NCBI GenBank assembly: GCA_022450665.1
Contig: JAKUPQ010000002.1
Span: forward strand, 15,826-79,825
Origin: Alphaproteobacteria bacterium
GTDB lineage: Bacteria; Pseudomonadota; Alphaproteobacteria; Rickettsiales; VGDC01
DNA length: 64,000 nt
Direction of reading: 5' to 3'
In this document: positions 31,538 through 40,949 of the stretch, in pieces
Layout of the letters: every line of letters starts with the position of its first letter
How positions within the stretch are numbered: the stretch's first letter is position 1
Notes under the pieces: generated by a model
Seen by the model: only the letters and a program-made list of their open reading frames with translations
Told to the model about the DNA's origin: nothing
Database searches by the model: none
Program-made: the position numbers and the translations under genes

Positions 31538-31614
31538 TGGTGCACCCGGAGCGATTCGAACGCCCGACCCCCAGATTCGTAGTCTGGTGCTCTATCCAGC
31601 TGAGCTACGGGTGC
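31538..31614 (-). tRNA. tRNA-Arg (anticodon ACG), CCA encoded
   Basis: The reverse complement GCACCCGTAGCTCAGCTGGATAGAGCACCAGACTACGAATCTGGGGGTCGGGCGTTCGAATCGCTCCGGGTGCACCA folds as a cloverleaf. The acceptor stem is GCACCCG/CGGGTGC and the anticodon loop is CTACGAA. Confidence 0.93.
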
Positions 31615-31796
31615 ATTGGTTTGTTAACCAGAATGTAGAAGCTAGTCATCTGAGCATAAAATACAAGTGTTTTTTTGGTTTTAAGCGCAATTTGTTGGCT
31701 TGAGTGGCTTTTTATCCTTTTTTCTTTTGTTAAATTCTGTAATCTAGCGGCAATAATTTGATATACGCTATATTTAGCCGTGGCTGGAGAGTATTT

Positions 31797-32192
31797 ATGA
31801 ACACTGGAAAGAATATCCGCAGTTTGTTGTTAGCGCTTATGGTAAGCGCGGCGACAATGGGCGCGGCACATGCTCAGGCCGTGAGTTATAAAGATACGCC
31901 GCTAATGGTGGTGCGCTTTAACCAGGAGCGGGTATATTATCAGCAGCAGCTTTATAATGCGGTATCGCGTGCATTAGAGGCCAAGCCAGATGTTCAGTTT
32001 AGCATTATTTCATTAGTGCCAGAAACGCAGGACAGAAGCTATAATAGGCGCATGCAGGATGAAGCGCGGCATAATACTGGCTTGTTTGTAGCCAATATGG
32101 TGAAAATGGGGTTTCCTAAAAACCGCATTCGCATAGCCTATCAAATTGGCCCCAGCATTGAATCCAATGAAGTGCATATGTTTGTGGAATAA
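31797..32192 (+). CDS. Hypothetical exported protein
   Basis: Signal peptide MNTGKNIRSLLLALMVSAATMGAAHA. About 131 aa, followed by a strong terminator. I recognise no family. Confidence 0.5.
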   Translation: MNTGKNIRSLLLALMVSAATMGAAHAQAVSYKDTPLMVVRFNQERVYYQQQLYNAVSRALEAKPDVQFSIISLVPETQDRSYNRRMQDEARHNTGLFVANMVKMGFPKNRIRIAYQIGPSIESNEVHMFVE

Positions 32193-32232
32193 ATACGTTA
32201 ATTCGCTAAATAATCAGCAAAAGAATGGCAAT

Positions 32233-32261
32233 AAAAAACGCGCTATAAAAGCGCGTTTTTT
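32233..32261. terminator. Bidirectional rho-independent terminator
   Basis: AAAAAACGCGC - TATAAAA - GCGCGTTTTTT. This is a perfect 11-bp inverted repeat with A and T runs on the two sides. It lies between convergent genes. Confidence 0.8.
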
Positions 32262-32328
32262 GCAGGCTACTACTGCAAGGGTTAGAAGGGCGGTTTTATC
32301 AGCCGACGACTCCCGAGTAGCTGCCGCA

Positions 32329-32454
32329 TTAACCTTGACGCGCTTTAAGGCGCGGGTTGGTTTTGCAAATTACATATACGCGTCCTTTGCGACGCACAAT
32401 ACGGCAATCTTTGCTACGCTTTTTTGCCGATTTCAGGGAGCTCAAAATTTTCAT
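32329..32454 (-). CDS. rpmJ: 50S ribosomal protein L36
   Basis: [41 protein letters not shown] (41 aa). This is the C-terminal part of the over-extended 87-aa ORF 32329..32592. Confidence 0.9.
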   Translation of the reverse strand: MKILSSLKSAKKRSKDCRIVRRKGRVYVICKTNPRLKARQG

Positions 32455-32557
32455 GGCTTTGTTCCTGTAAGGTTTTGATTCATCTTTGAAGCATGTTGTA
32501 TAGTTGCTATCCCTTGTGCTGTCAATGCAAAAAGCGCATATTTGTGCGTTTTTGCGC

Positions 32558-34438
32558 TCAATGCATATGTTGCAATACCGTGGCTTTTTCATCCTCGCTT
32601 ATCGTGCTTTGCCCATGCGGCGTTTTTTCCCATATATGTGGATTCACCATCAACTGCCATAGCGCCTTGAAACTGGCTGCAGAATGGAGCAACCAATAAA
32701 CTGGAAAAGCAAATAGAGCCAGTGTCATATCCTTCCAGCCATAGCGACGGATGATAACACTGGCAAATACTAAATGTGTGATGCTTCCGAATAGTAAATT
32801 CGCCAGTGAAATTACATATACCCACTGCACTAACTTGGGGTGATGAAATTCAATTGCGCCAAAAAACCATAATCCACTTAATATCCATAAAATAGGTGCG
32901 GATAAGAATACCAGACAGGGGCCGCCAATAAAAAACTGGAAACCCCAGAATGCGGTGAAATCAAGCTCTCGCATTAGCTGCAAGGGGTGGCGCATGTGTA
33001 CCAGCCATGTTTGCATATAGCCGCGAATCCATCGCACACGTTGATTCATCCATACATTCAGCTTTATTGGTGCTTCTTCTGCGGTGAGTGAGTCCAGCAT
33101 ATCGGTTTCGTAGTGCTGCAGTGCCAATCGTATTCCTAAATCGGCATCTTCGGTAACATTATATGGATCCCATTCGCCAATCTCACGCAGTTTTTGTAGG
33201 TGAATATGGTTGCTGGTACCACCCAACGGAATGGGGATATTCATGCGCCGCAAACCGGGCAGCATAAAATCAAACCATGCGGCGTATTCAATGGCAAACA
33301 AACGTGTAAGCAAAGAATGATTACGGTTGTAGTAGTTCAAACGTGCTTGCAAGCAGATGACATGAGGTGGTTGTTTGCTGAACCAATAAACGGCTTTTTT
33401 TAGTTGCTGAGGGTCGGGAATATCTTCTGCATCATAGATAGTTACATATTTTCCACGGGCAAAATGCAGGGCATAGTTGCAGGCTTTGGGCTTGGTTTGT
33501 GGCAGTGAGTAGGGGACATGTATAATTTCATATCCGCTATGAGGCTTTAGTTTTTTAATGGCGTGAATAGTTTTGTAGTCCTCTCGTTCTACGATCAGCT
33601 TGATGTCCAGTTTGGATTTAGGGTAGTCCAGCGCATCGAGTGCTTGTAGAAGCCGTGGCAAGGTTTCTGCTTCGTCGTGCAAAGGAATCAGCACTGTATA
33701 GATTGGTAAAGATACCTCGCTGGTAGGGAGGGCATCGGCCGTAATGTATTTGCCGGGATGGTAACTTTTTCCCAGCAAAAAAAGTTGGCATTTTAATAGT
33801 ATAGTCGAGAAATAAAATATATTGAGCGAGAGGAAGGCGCCCAACATGGTTATGATAGGGTAATACATAAACGCGACAATGAAGGAGAAAACGAATGCGG
33901 CGAGCCAGAGTTTTTGCGATAAGGTAATAACGGAGCTTGCGGATTTATGTGGCATGATATTTTTTAAATTCAATCGGCTATGAGTATCAAGCTGCTCGGA
34001 AAAATGGGTGTCGATATGCCAGTAGATGTCATAGGGTGAGGTGATAACAAAATCCACATTATCTCCATAGCGCTGCTGCGCCCACTGCATTAAGGCTTCG
34101 CTTGGGTCGCTGGTGGCAAGAACCACAGTGTTGTTCTTTTTTGTAAACGGCGCGGCCTTAAAACGAATATAATCATTACAGTCTTCTTTGCGCTGCAGTG
34201 TGCTATCGGCAGGTGTATGATGCAAATTCACAAATGGTAGGCGATAATGCTGCGCGATGGCCGTGTATAGTCGCAAAATACTCACATGCCCTTGCGTTAG
34301 TAAAATACGTCCCACGCGCTCATGCGTGGTTTTTTGGATGGCCAGTGCTTCATCTAGCATCGCTTGATCGATCAATTCTTGCGATAGAAGAATTTGGCCT
34401 ACAGGGATGATGGGAGTGGAGGCGAATATTGCAGTCAT
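32558..34438 (-). CDS. Processive family-2 glycosyltransferase (membrane EPS synthase) with an N-terminal T2SSE_N/MshEN-like domain
   Basis: The N-terminal ~145 aa resemble a GspE-N/MshEN domain ([53 protein letters not shown]). GT2 motifs follow: [29 protein letters not shown] and QRVRW. There are multiple TM helices. Confidence 0.8.
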   Translation of the reverse strand: MTAIFASTPIIPVGQILLSQELIDQAMLDEALAIQKTTHERVGRILLTQGHVSILRLYTAIAQHYRLPFVNLHHTPADSTLQRKEDCNDYIRFKAAPFTKKNNTVVLATSDPSEALMQWAQQRYGDNVDFVITSPYDIYWHIDTHFSEQLDTHSRLNLKNIMPHKSASSVITLSQKLWLAAFVFSFIVAFMYYPIITMLGAFLSLNIFYFSTILLKCQLFLLGKSYHPGKYITADALPTSEVSLPIYTVLIPLHDEAETLPRLLQALDALDYPKSKLDIKLIVEREDYKTIHAIKKLKPHSGYEIIHVPYSLPQTKPKACNYALHFARGKYVTIYDAEDIPDPQQLKKAVYWFSKQPPHVICLQARLNYYNRNHSLLTRLFAIEYAAWFDFMLPGLRRMNIPIPLGGTSNHIHLQKLREIGEWDPYNVTEDADLGIRLALQHYETDMLDSLTAEEAPIKLNVWMNQRVRWIRGYMQTWLVHMRHPLQLMRELDFTAFWGFQFFIGGPCLVFLSAPILWILSGLWFFGAIEFHHPKLVQWVYVISLANLLFGSITHLVFASVIIRRYGWKDMTLALFAFPVYWLLHSAASFKALWQLMVNPHIWEKTPHGQSTISEDEKATVLQHMH

Positions 34439-34439
34439 A

Positions 34440-35318
34440 TTAAAACTCTTGCCATAACGAAATGATTACGCCTTCGCCGCTTCCGGTGTTGCGGGCTTTC
34501 GTGTGCATAAATCCGCCAAATTGAATGCGTTTGTTCGGGGCGAATCTATATACCAGTGAAGCCTGCGACTTTACCAGATCATAATCATTTGCAAGGGTAT
34601 TAGGATTGGCAGGGCTGTTATCGTTCTGTGCGCGAAGGGTGGTGAAGTTCTGAAGCAACAACATGGTGTTATCGCTCATTGTTAAGCCAAGGGTTGCATC
34701 GGATTTCAATTGATCCTTCCAATCTCCAAAGCGCTTGCGATAAGCAAGGTCAATAAGTACAAAATGGTTGCGATTATACAATGTGAAATTATAACCGAGT
34801 TGCAATTTTAGTTCGGCATCAAAATTATCGGTTCCACTGCGCGGGGTAGAAGCATCGGCATAAAAACTTGGAAGCTTAATGAGCGGTTGTACGGAAATGA
34901 CGGTATCACGATTGAGCCATGTGCCTTGCCATAGACGGTGGCGGATAAAAAATTCTGTGTCGGCAAGGCCATAATTGGTGGCAGTTTCGCGCTGCACTGT
35001 ATTCGATGTAGCGGTATAAAATTGTTTTTCGGTAGATACTGCATGAATAAATGCATTGCCACCCAAGGTGGTGTCATCTTCCAGCCCATATTCTACATAA
35101 CCATTCCATTCCCATTTAGTAAAATTTGGATGGGCAATGGCGTTTCCATTGTCATCTATAAAATTATTGCTTGAATAATAATTAATGCTGTTGGCACTAA
35201 ACCATGTGCCTTTTTCCCGTGTCCATGCGCTGTGGGCAGGGGCAATATTAGCAAAAATAAAAAACGCCGCTATTAGTAGTAGAGCGGCGTTTCCTTTAAA
35301 TCTTTTAATAAGCGACAT
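34440..35318 (-). CDS. Outer-membrane beta-barrel protein (putative polysaccharide porin partner)
   Basis: Signal peptide ...FANIAPAHSA, alternating amphipathic beta-strand pattern rich in aromatic residues, and a terminal ...SLWQEF (C-terminal Phe). The stop codon is 1 nt from the GT2 start. Confidence 0.65.
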   Translation of the reverse strand: MSLIKRFKGNAALLLIAAFFIFANIAPAHSAWTREKGTWFSANSINYYSSNNFIDDNGNAIAHPNFTKWEWNGYVEYGLEDDTTLGGNAFIHAVSTEKQFYTATSNTVQRETATNYGLADTEFFIRHRLWQGTWLNRDTVISVQPLIKLPSFYADASTPRSGTDNFDAELKLQLGYNFTLYNRNHFVLIDLAYRKRFGDWKDQLKSDATLGLTMSDNTMLLLQNFTTLRAQNDNSPANPNTLANDYDLVKSQASLVYRFAPNKRIQFGGFMHTKARNTGSGEGVIISLWQEF

Positions 35319-35324
35319 CCAGAT

Positions 35325-35825
35325 TTAATGCAATTTCTTTTGTACATCCGTGGCGGCAGAAGCAATAAGTTCTTCACGGGATTTATCGGTGAGCTTATTG
35401 TCTACAATGTCCCGTGTGGCAGCAACAGTAATATCGATAATGCGGTTTTGCACTTCTTGAAGTGCGTGACGCTCGGCTTGTTCAATTTTATCCATTGCAA
35501 GTTTCATGCGTTTTTTAAGCTGTTCTTCCATATCTTGTTCAGATTCACGGGTAATGCGGCGGGCTTCTAGGTTCGCTTTTTGCACAATACCTTCTGCTTC
35601 TTTAAGCGATTCGCGTTGTTTTTTCTGGTATTGCGCTAAAATCACCTGTGCTTCTTCACGTAGTGCTACGGCGCGATCCAGCTCTTCACGAATTTCTACC
35701 GAACGCTTATCGAGTGCAACGGTAATAATAGGAGTGAGCTTTTTAATGAGCACTGCAACCACAAAAATCGTAGCGAGTGTCACCCAAAAGGTAGGGCTGG
35801 CTAGTAAAGGGAATTGTTCAAGCAT
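35325..35825 (-). CDS. atpF: F0F1 ATP synthase subunit b
   Basis: One N-terminal TM helix followed by a long charged coiled coil (AE/KR-rich). It is the last gene of the F0 operon. Confidence 0.85.
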   Translation of the reverse strand: MLEQFPLLASPTFWVTLATIFVVAVLIKKLTPIITVALDKRSVEIREELDRAVALREEAQVILAQYQKKQRESLKEAEGIVQKANLEARRITRESEQDMEEQLKKRMKLAMDKIEQAERHALQEVQNRIIDITVAATRDIVDNKLTDKSREELIASAATDVQKKLH

Positions 35826-36459
35826 TTGCCTTATCCTTCAACATAGCGTCAATTACAGCATCAACTTCTGTAGCTTTCAACGATTGGCCGGTAAGCTTTT
35901 CAACAATTTGCTGCGTCAACTCTTTAGAAACTGGTGCCAACTTGGCAAGAGCCTCTGTTTTTGCGTTAGTAATCGCAGCTTCCGCATCACGCATCTGCTG
36001 TTCGATCTTTTTATCCAGCTCTGCATGTCGTGCCGTAGAGGATTTCTCCATTAGGGCAGATGATTCAATAATCAGATCCTGCGCTTTTGCTCGCGATTCT
36101 TTGAGCGCACGTTCATAGGTTTCGCGTGCTTCTTCCGCTTCATTGCGCAATTGCTCTGCGCGGTCAATGTCATGACTAATTTTGTTTTGGCGGCTTTCCA
36201 GCACATCGTGAATGCGTGGTAGAATCGAACGCGCAAGCAATAGATAAAGAAATGCAAATGTTACAATCAGCCAGAAAATCTGTGAAGAAAATGTCTCAAC
36301 ATCCAGCTGGGGCATACCAGCTTTACCATGTTGTGCATTGTCTGCTTGCTGAGTTTCGGCAACAAAATTCTGGTTTTGGCTTTGTATCACCAATTCACCG
36401 TTCATATCTTGCGAAACTGCAAAATCCGATGAGGATATAGCAGGTTTTGATTGTGACAT
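35818..36459 (-). CDS. F0F1 ATP synthase subunit b'
   Basis: Second b-like subunit (MPQLD...FWLIVTFAFLYLLL plus coiled coil), placed between c and b as in alphaproteobacterial F0 operons. Confidence 0.8.
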   Translation of the reverse strand: MSQSKPAISSSDFAVSQDMNGELVIQSQNQNFVAETQQADNAQHGKAGMPQLDVETFSSQIFWLIVTFAFLYLLLARSILPRIHDVLESRQNKISHDIDRAEQLRNEAEEARETYERALKESRAKAQDLIIESSALMEKSSTARHAELDKKIEQQMRDAEAAITNAKTEALAKLAPVSKELTQQIVEKLTGQSLKATEVDAVIDAMLKDKANA

Positions 36460-36502
36460 TGCGCTATCCTTCTATTGCTTGCGCTTGTTCGACAAAGTTC
36501 AG

Positions 36503-36751
36503 TTACGCCGCAAATGCGAGGTACAAACCAATCACGAGAGAAATAATACCAAGACCCTCTGCCAGTGCCATACCAAGCATTACGAGTGGCTTGATTTTTG
36601 ATTCTGCGCCTGGGTTGCGTGCAATACCATTGATGCCTGCGGCAAAGATCATGCCCACACCAATTGCAGCGCCAATCGCGCCAAGGGTAGCCAAACCGGC
36701 ACCAATAAATTTATAGGCTTCAGCCGACTGCATAATAACTTCAGGTTCCAT
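36503..36751 (-). CDS. atpE: F0F1 ATP synthase subunit c
   Basis: Hairpin proteolipid GAGLATLGAIGAAIGVG...ARNP...MLGMALAEGLGI. The Met at 36733 is an alternative start. Confidence 0.93.
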   Translation of the reverse strand: MEPEVIMQSAEAYKFIGAGLATLGAIGAAIGVGMIFAAGINGIARNPGAESKIKPLVMLGMALAEGLGIISLVIGLYLAFAA

Positions 36752-36809
36752 GATAATACCTCTTGTAAAAATTCGTTTAGTTAATGAAGTAAAAGAAAGA
36801 TTAAAAAAA

Positions 36810-37553
36810 TCAGTGCATGTTTATCGCATCGTTTAAATAAATGCAAACCAGAAGCGCAAATACATAAGCTTGCAACACAGCGACTAAGAATTCAAAGCCA
36901 ACAAATGCAACCAGCAGCGCCAATGGCAACACACCGAAAATAGACATTTTGATAATAAAGCCTGCAACTACTTTGAGCAGTACGTGTCCTGCCATCATAT
37001 TACCTGCAAGACGTAGCGATAAGGTGATAGGGCGGGCTAAATAAGACATCAGCTCGATTGGCACGAGGAATATCATCATGACTGCAGGCGCGCCGGAGGG
37101 CACAAACAAATGAAGAAAATGTGCGCCATGCTTGATGAAGCCAATAATTGTGGCGCCAATAAAAATGAGTATAGCCATGGTAAAGGTTACGGCGATATGG
37201 CTGGTAACAGTGAAACCACCAGGAATCATGCCAAGCAGATTTGCAAATACCAAAAATGTGAATAGCGTGAAGATAAATGGGAAGTAAGCGCGGCCTTTTG
37301 TGCCGATATTCTCGCGCACCATATTGCCGATGAACTCGTAATATATTTCTACAAGTGATTGCATTCTGTCGGGTACAAGCGCACTGCGACGGATGCCCAT
37401 ATGAAAGAACAATGCAGCGGCTAGTACAGCGATTACCATAAACAGCGATGCATTGGTAAAATCTATGTTATAGCCGGCGATCTCAGGAATCTGAGGTAAA
37501 AAATCGAGACGTTTAACTTCAAACTGCTCTAGAGGGCTATGAGGTTCTGCCAC
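36810..37553 (-). CDS. atpB: F0F1 ATP synthase subunit a (GTG start)
   Basis: Conserved LSLRLAGNMMAGH block, polytopic. GGAG lies upstream of the GTG. Confidence 0.93.
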   Translation of the reverse strand: MAEPHSPLEQFEVKRLDFLPQIPEIAGYNIDFTNASLFMVIAVLAAALFFHMGIRRSALVPDRMQSLVEIYYEFIGNMVRENIGTKGRAYFPFIFTLFTFLVFANLLGMIPGGFTVTSHIAVTFTMAILIFIGATIIGFIKHGAHFLHLFVPSGAPAVMMIFLVPIELMSYLARPITLSLRLAGNMMAGHVLLKVVAGFIIKMSIFGVLPLALLVAFVGFEFLVAVLQAYVFALLVCIYLNDAINMH

Positions 37554-37562
37554 CTGAATCTC

Positions 37563-37910
37563 CTACGTTCCGTCACTATTACGCTGACTATTGGTTTTTG
37601 CCAACGCGTCATCTTCCTGTTGCTTGGCTTCAACTGAAACCGCACGATAAATATTCATTACGCCGCCTGCCATGCCCAGAAAGATTCCAAAAACGGTAAG
37701 ACCCGGGCGGGTCCCTAACCATTCATCGAGATAATACCCGAGGAATCCTCCAACGGCAACGCCGGCTATCAGTTCGGAACCGCTGCGAAATGCAACCGAT
37801 TTTCCTGCCTCCGGCACGCTTTTAAGGCGTTTGGGAGTGGATGCTTCACGCGCAGTGCTTATGCGTTCGCTCAAAGTATCCAGTGGCGGGAGGTCATCAT
37901 GTTCGCCCAT
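37563..37910 (-). CDS. atpI: AtpI/AtpZ-family F0F1 assembly protein
   Basis: Two TM helices (LIAGVAVGGFLGYYLD, VFGIFLGMAGGVMNIY). It is the first gene of the F0 operon. Confidence 0.75.
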   Translation of the reverse strand: MGEHDDLPPLDTLSERISTAREASTPKRLKSVPEAGKSVAFRSGSELIAGVAVGGFLGYYLDEWLGTRPGLTVFGIFLGMAGGVMNIYRAVSVEAKQQEDDALAKTNSQRNSDGT

Positions 37911-38031
37911 AGCTTTCAATCGCTTAAATGATTAAGGTATGCCATGCGTAAATGCCCTCTCTGACGAGGTGGGAATTTACGAGGCATACCTTATGATGTC
38001 AAGGCCTATTGTGAGTTTATTCTACAACAGA

Positions 38032-38712
38032 TTATTTTGCGTTGTTTAAGAGCGGGTCAATATATTGCTTAAGTGTTTCAAACTCTTGAAAACCATTGAA
38101 TTTTTCGCCGTTCACAAAAGTTGTAGGTGTGGAGTTTATGGTCAGTTGTTTAGCAGAAACGGCCATATCCTGTGCAATAGCATCCTGTTTTGCAGTGTCA
38201 TCCATACATGCGTCAAACGCTTCGCTGCTCATGCCTCCCACGGCAGCAATATTGCGTAGCGAGTCCATATAATCGCTACTAAACGCCCATTTATCCTGCG
38301 TTTTCATGAGTACATTAATATATTTGAAAAACTGCTCATCGCCAGCACATTCAGCTAAAGCCGCGCCATGCAGTGCCGGAGGGTTGAACGGGAAGTGACG
38401 ATAAACAAAAGCCACCTTGCCGGTATCAATGTAATGTTCTTTTATCAAAGGAAAAGTTTCCATGTGATATGCGCGGCAATGGGGGCAGGTGAGTGAGGCA
38501 TATTCAATAATGCGCACTGCGGCGTCTTTGTTGCCCAAAATATGATCACCAGGCTGGAATTCGAGCATATCTACAGTGGCAGAGGCTGCTGGAGCGGTTT
38601 TTTCTGTGCTGTGCTTCGTGGCGTCTTCTGCATAGGCGGCAGGTGACAGCGCCATTATGACGCCCGTAGCAAATGTGCCGGTAAAGCGTGTAAGTGCGTT
38701 AAACTTGTGCAT
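38032..38712 (-). CDS. DsbA-family thiol:disulfide oxidoreductase (exported)
   Basis: Signal peptide and the CPHC active site (EYASLTCPHCRAYH). Confidence 0.85.
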   Translation of the reverse strand: MHKFNALTRFTGTFATGVIMALSPAAYAEDATKHSTEKTAPAASATVDMLEFQPGDHILGNKDAAVRIIEYASLTCPHCRAYHMETFPLIKEHYIDTGKVAFVYRHFPFNPPALHGAALAECAGDEQFFKYINVLMKTQDKWAFSSDYMDSLRNIAAVGGMSSEAFDACMDDTAKQDAIAQDMAVSAKQLTINSTPTTFVNGEKFNGFQEFETLKQYIDPLLNNAK

Positions 38713-38812
38713 AGTGACAATCCTTTAATTTATGGTAGATAGATAAGAGATACGGCCATAGTTATACGTGATTTTTAGCTTGGTGTTCAAGCGGCTTTGT
38801 TAATTATACGTA

Positions 38813-39307
38813 TCAATCTTCCTTATCCCTCATTATTGCAGCGCCAAGAGAGCGAAGGGCATTGCGAAGCGCATCATCTTCAACCGTATTGGTGAGATCC
38901 TGCAAGGTTTCAGAGGCTTTTTGTGATAGGGGAGCGTATGTTTTTTTGCTGCGTATAGGTTTAATAGGTAGCGGGGCTTGGGTAATGTGTAGGGCAGCTA
39001 CAGCGCGATAGCCAAAAAATGTGGCGATTTTTTCTAATATAATCGGTTCCAGATGCTGCACTTCCAGCGCCCAACCGGGTGCAACAGTGAGGTGCAAGGT
39101 ACCATTATCGCGTTTGTTTTTTGCGAAAACGAGGCGTTTGGGTAAGGTTTTATTCGCCAGAACCTCTCCGGCGATGTGTCCCCATTCGGTAATTAGCCGC
39201 GACTCGGCAATGCCATGTTTACGAAACGCAGGTTTGGTTGCTTGCTCCACTGCTTTGTGCAGCGGCGTTGGCAACTGGGAATAGCGGCGATAGCTATCTT
39301 TGGCCAT
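38813..39307 (-). CDS. DUF721 / DciA-family protein (putative replicative helicase operator)
   Basis: Block W..IAGEVLANKTLPKRLVF...GTLHLTVAPGWALEVQHLEPIILEKI, typical of DUF721. The start was moved to the ATG at 39305-39307. Confidence 0.6.
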   Translation of the reverse strand: MAKDSYRRYSQLPTPLHKAVEQATKPAFRKHGIAESRLITEWGHIAGEVLANKTLPKRLVFAKNKRDNGTLHLTVAPGWALEVQHLEPIILEKIATFFGYRAVAALHITQAPLPIKPIRSKKTYAPLSQKASETLQDLTNTVEDDALRNALRSLGAAIMRDKED

Positions 39308-39950
39308 ACTGCATACCGCGATCTGTTTTAACCGCATAAGCAGGAGCGCCTGCTGCTAAAAGATCGCGTACGGGCGCGAAGCCTTTGCGGTGATGCGGGG
39401 TAATGCCATATTGCTGCATGGCAGATAAATGTTCTTTGGTGCCATAGCCGGCGTTGCGTTCCCATCCAAATCCTGTGTAAGTCTTGGCAAGCTCTGCCAT
39501 AAGACGATCACGAGTGACTTTGGCAGCAATAGAGGCGGCGGCAATAGAAAGGCTTATGCTATCACCCTTGACAATGCATCGCGTGGGACAAGAAAGCTTG
39601 GGTGGCTGATTGCCGTCAATTAAAGCGATGGTAGCATCAACTCCTAGCTTATCGTAAGCCCGGGTCATAGCGAGTTTGGTCGCGCCTAGAATATTTAATG
39701 CTTCGATTTCTTTTTCATCGGCCACGCCAATTTCTATGCGGCAATGTTGCATAAGCGTATCAAACAATGCATCGCGCTTTTTGAGGCTAAGCTTTTTTGA
39801 GTCGTTAATGCCATGGGGTATAGTACTGGCATCTAAGATAGCAGCCGCAGCCATGACTGGCCCCGCTAAGGGGCCGCGCCCCACTTCATCAATAGCGACT
39901 ATAATTCCGCTATATTCGGACTCAATACTAAAATCAGGACTTATTGCCAT
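39294..39950 (-). CDS. rnhB: Ribonuclease HII
   Basis: IDEVGRGPLAGPV, DSKKL, SIAAASIAAKVTRD. Confidence 0.93.
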   Translation of the reverse strand: MAISPDFSIESEYSGIIVAIDEVGRGPLAGPVMAAAAILDASTIPHGINDSKKLSLKKRDALFDTLMQHCRIEIGVADEKEIEALNILGATKLAMTRAYDKLGVDATIALIDGNQPPKLSCPTRCIVKGDSISLSIAAASIAAKVTRDRLMAELAKTYTGFGWERNAGYGTKEHLSAMQQYGITPHHRKGFAPVRDLLAAGAPAYAVKTDRGMQYGQR

Positions 39951-39953
39951 GCA

Positions 39954-40826
39954 TTAGGTTTTCTTCTTTAGTGATTGTTTTATTGTGATTAAATCTTTCC
40001 ATGCGTGAGCCTTGTGTGCAGGCTGTTGCATGAGATAAGAGGGGTGAAATATTGCATAGCTTTCGATAGGTTTGTCTAGATATGCATTGGTGTATTGATA
40101 GCTTTTGCCGCGCAAGCGACTAATTCCAGACGGGCTGGCTAATAAGCTGGAAGCACTTACGCCTCCGACCATCACCAGAATTTTTGGTTGCACTAAAGCA
40201 ATATGCTTTTGTACGAACGGGCGGCAGGTTTCCAGCTCCTCGCTATTGGGAGCGCGGTTTCCGGGGGGGCGCCAATACACAATAGATGATAAATAAGCGG
40301 AATCGTGACGATCCAAAGCAATTGCGGCGAGCATTTTATCAAATAATTTACCGCTTTCACCGCTAAATGGTGCGCCTTGGTTGTCATCGTCTTCGTTCGG
40401 TGCTTCACCAACGAACATAATGGCTGCGTGCGGATTTCCCTGACCAAAAACAGTTGTGCTTGCTAGTTTTTTTAAAGGGCATCCTTCAAAATTTTCGAGT
40501 GCGGTTTTTAATGCGTCAAGCGTAGCGCATTCGGCAGCTATTTGCTGTGCCTCTTCTATCAGCAGTGCTGTAGCTTTTGTTGGAACACTGAGGCTGGTAG
40601 GCGCACGGGGTGTCCGCGTTGCAGCGGGGGTTAGCGGTGGCGGTGCAGTAGGCTTTTTTGTGGGCGCCGCAGGTGGGTTTGTTTTTGCTTTATTGGTATG
40701 TTGGGGCAGCGAAAAGAAGTTCACCGCATCGTTGTCAATGGCTTCATCTACGCCGGTATCTGCATACCATTGCAGCATAGCCAGTGCATCTTGTCTGGTT
40801 TGTGGTTTTGTAACTGCGTGTCCCAT
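39954..40826 (-). CDS. Uracil-DNA glycosylase, family 4, with a Pro-rich N-terminal extension
   Basis: GEAPNEDDDNQGAPFSGESGKLFDKML and HPSYLMQQP motifs. Confidence 0.85.
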   Translation of the reverse strand: MGHAVTKPQTRQDALAMLQWYADTGVDEAIDNDAVNFFSLPQHTNKAKTNPPAAPTKKPTAPPPLTPAATRTPRAPTSLSVPTKATALLIEEAQQIAAECATLDALKTALENFEGCPLKKLASTTVFGQGNPHAAIMFVGEAPNEDDDNQGAPFSGESGKLFDKMLAAIALDRHDSAYLSSIVYWRPPGNRAPNSEELETCRPFVQKHIALVQPKILVMVGGVSASSLLASPSGISRLRGKSYQYTNAYLDKPIESYAIFHPSYLMQQPAHKAHAWKDLITIKQSLKKKT

Positions 40827-40949
40827 AGTATTGGTATACTTTATCTGCCGGACATTGACCAGTATCTATTCAATCGCTTATTGCTTATTTACAAGCAAAC
40901 AAGAATACGTTTTGATACAGGCAATGAATAAATACAACAAGGATGATGC

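Noticed and set aside
31500-32230. tRNA-Arg as an integration hotspot, with 31797..32192 as island cargo
   Set aside because: There is no integrase, no direct repeat of the tRNA 3' end that I could find, and only one small exported-protein gene before a normal terminator.
32329-32592. 87-aa minus-strand ORF, and the 110-aa plus-strand ORF 32146..32478
   Set aside because: Only the last 41 codons (32329..32454) are real, and they encode L36. The upstream extension runs through the GT2 3' end and a hairpin. The plus-strand ORF is antisense to rpmJ and crosses a strong terminator.
35506-36054. 182-aa plus-strand ORF antisense to atpF/atpF'
   Set aside because: It is a Ser/Cys-rich mirror of the Glu/Ala/Lys-rich coiled-coil coding sequence on the other strand. 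The atp genes are well supported.
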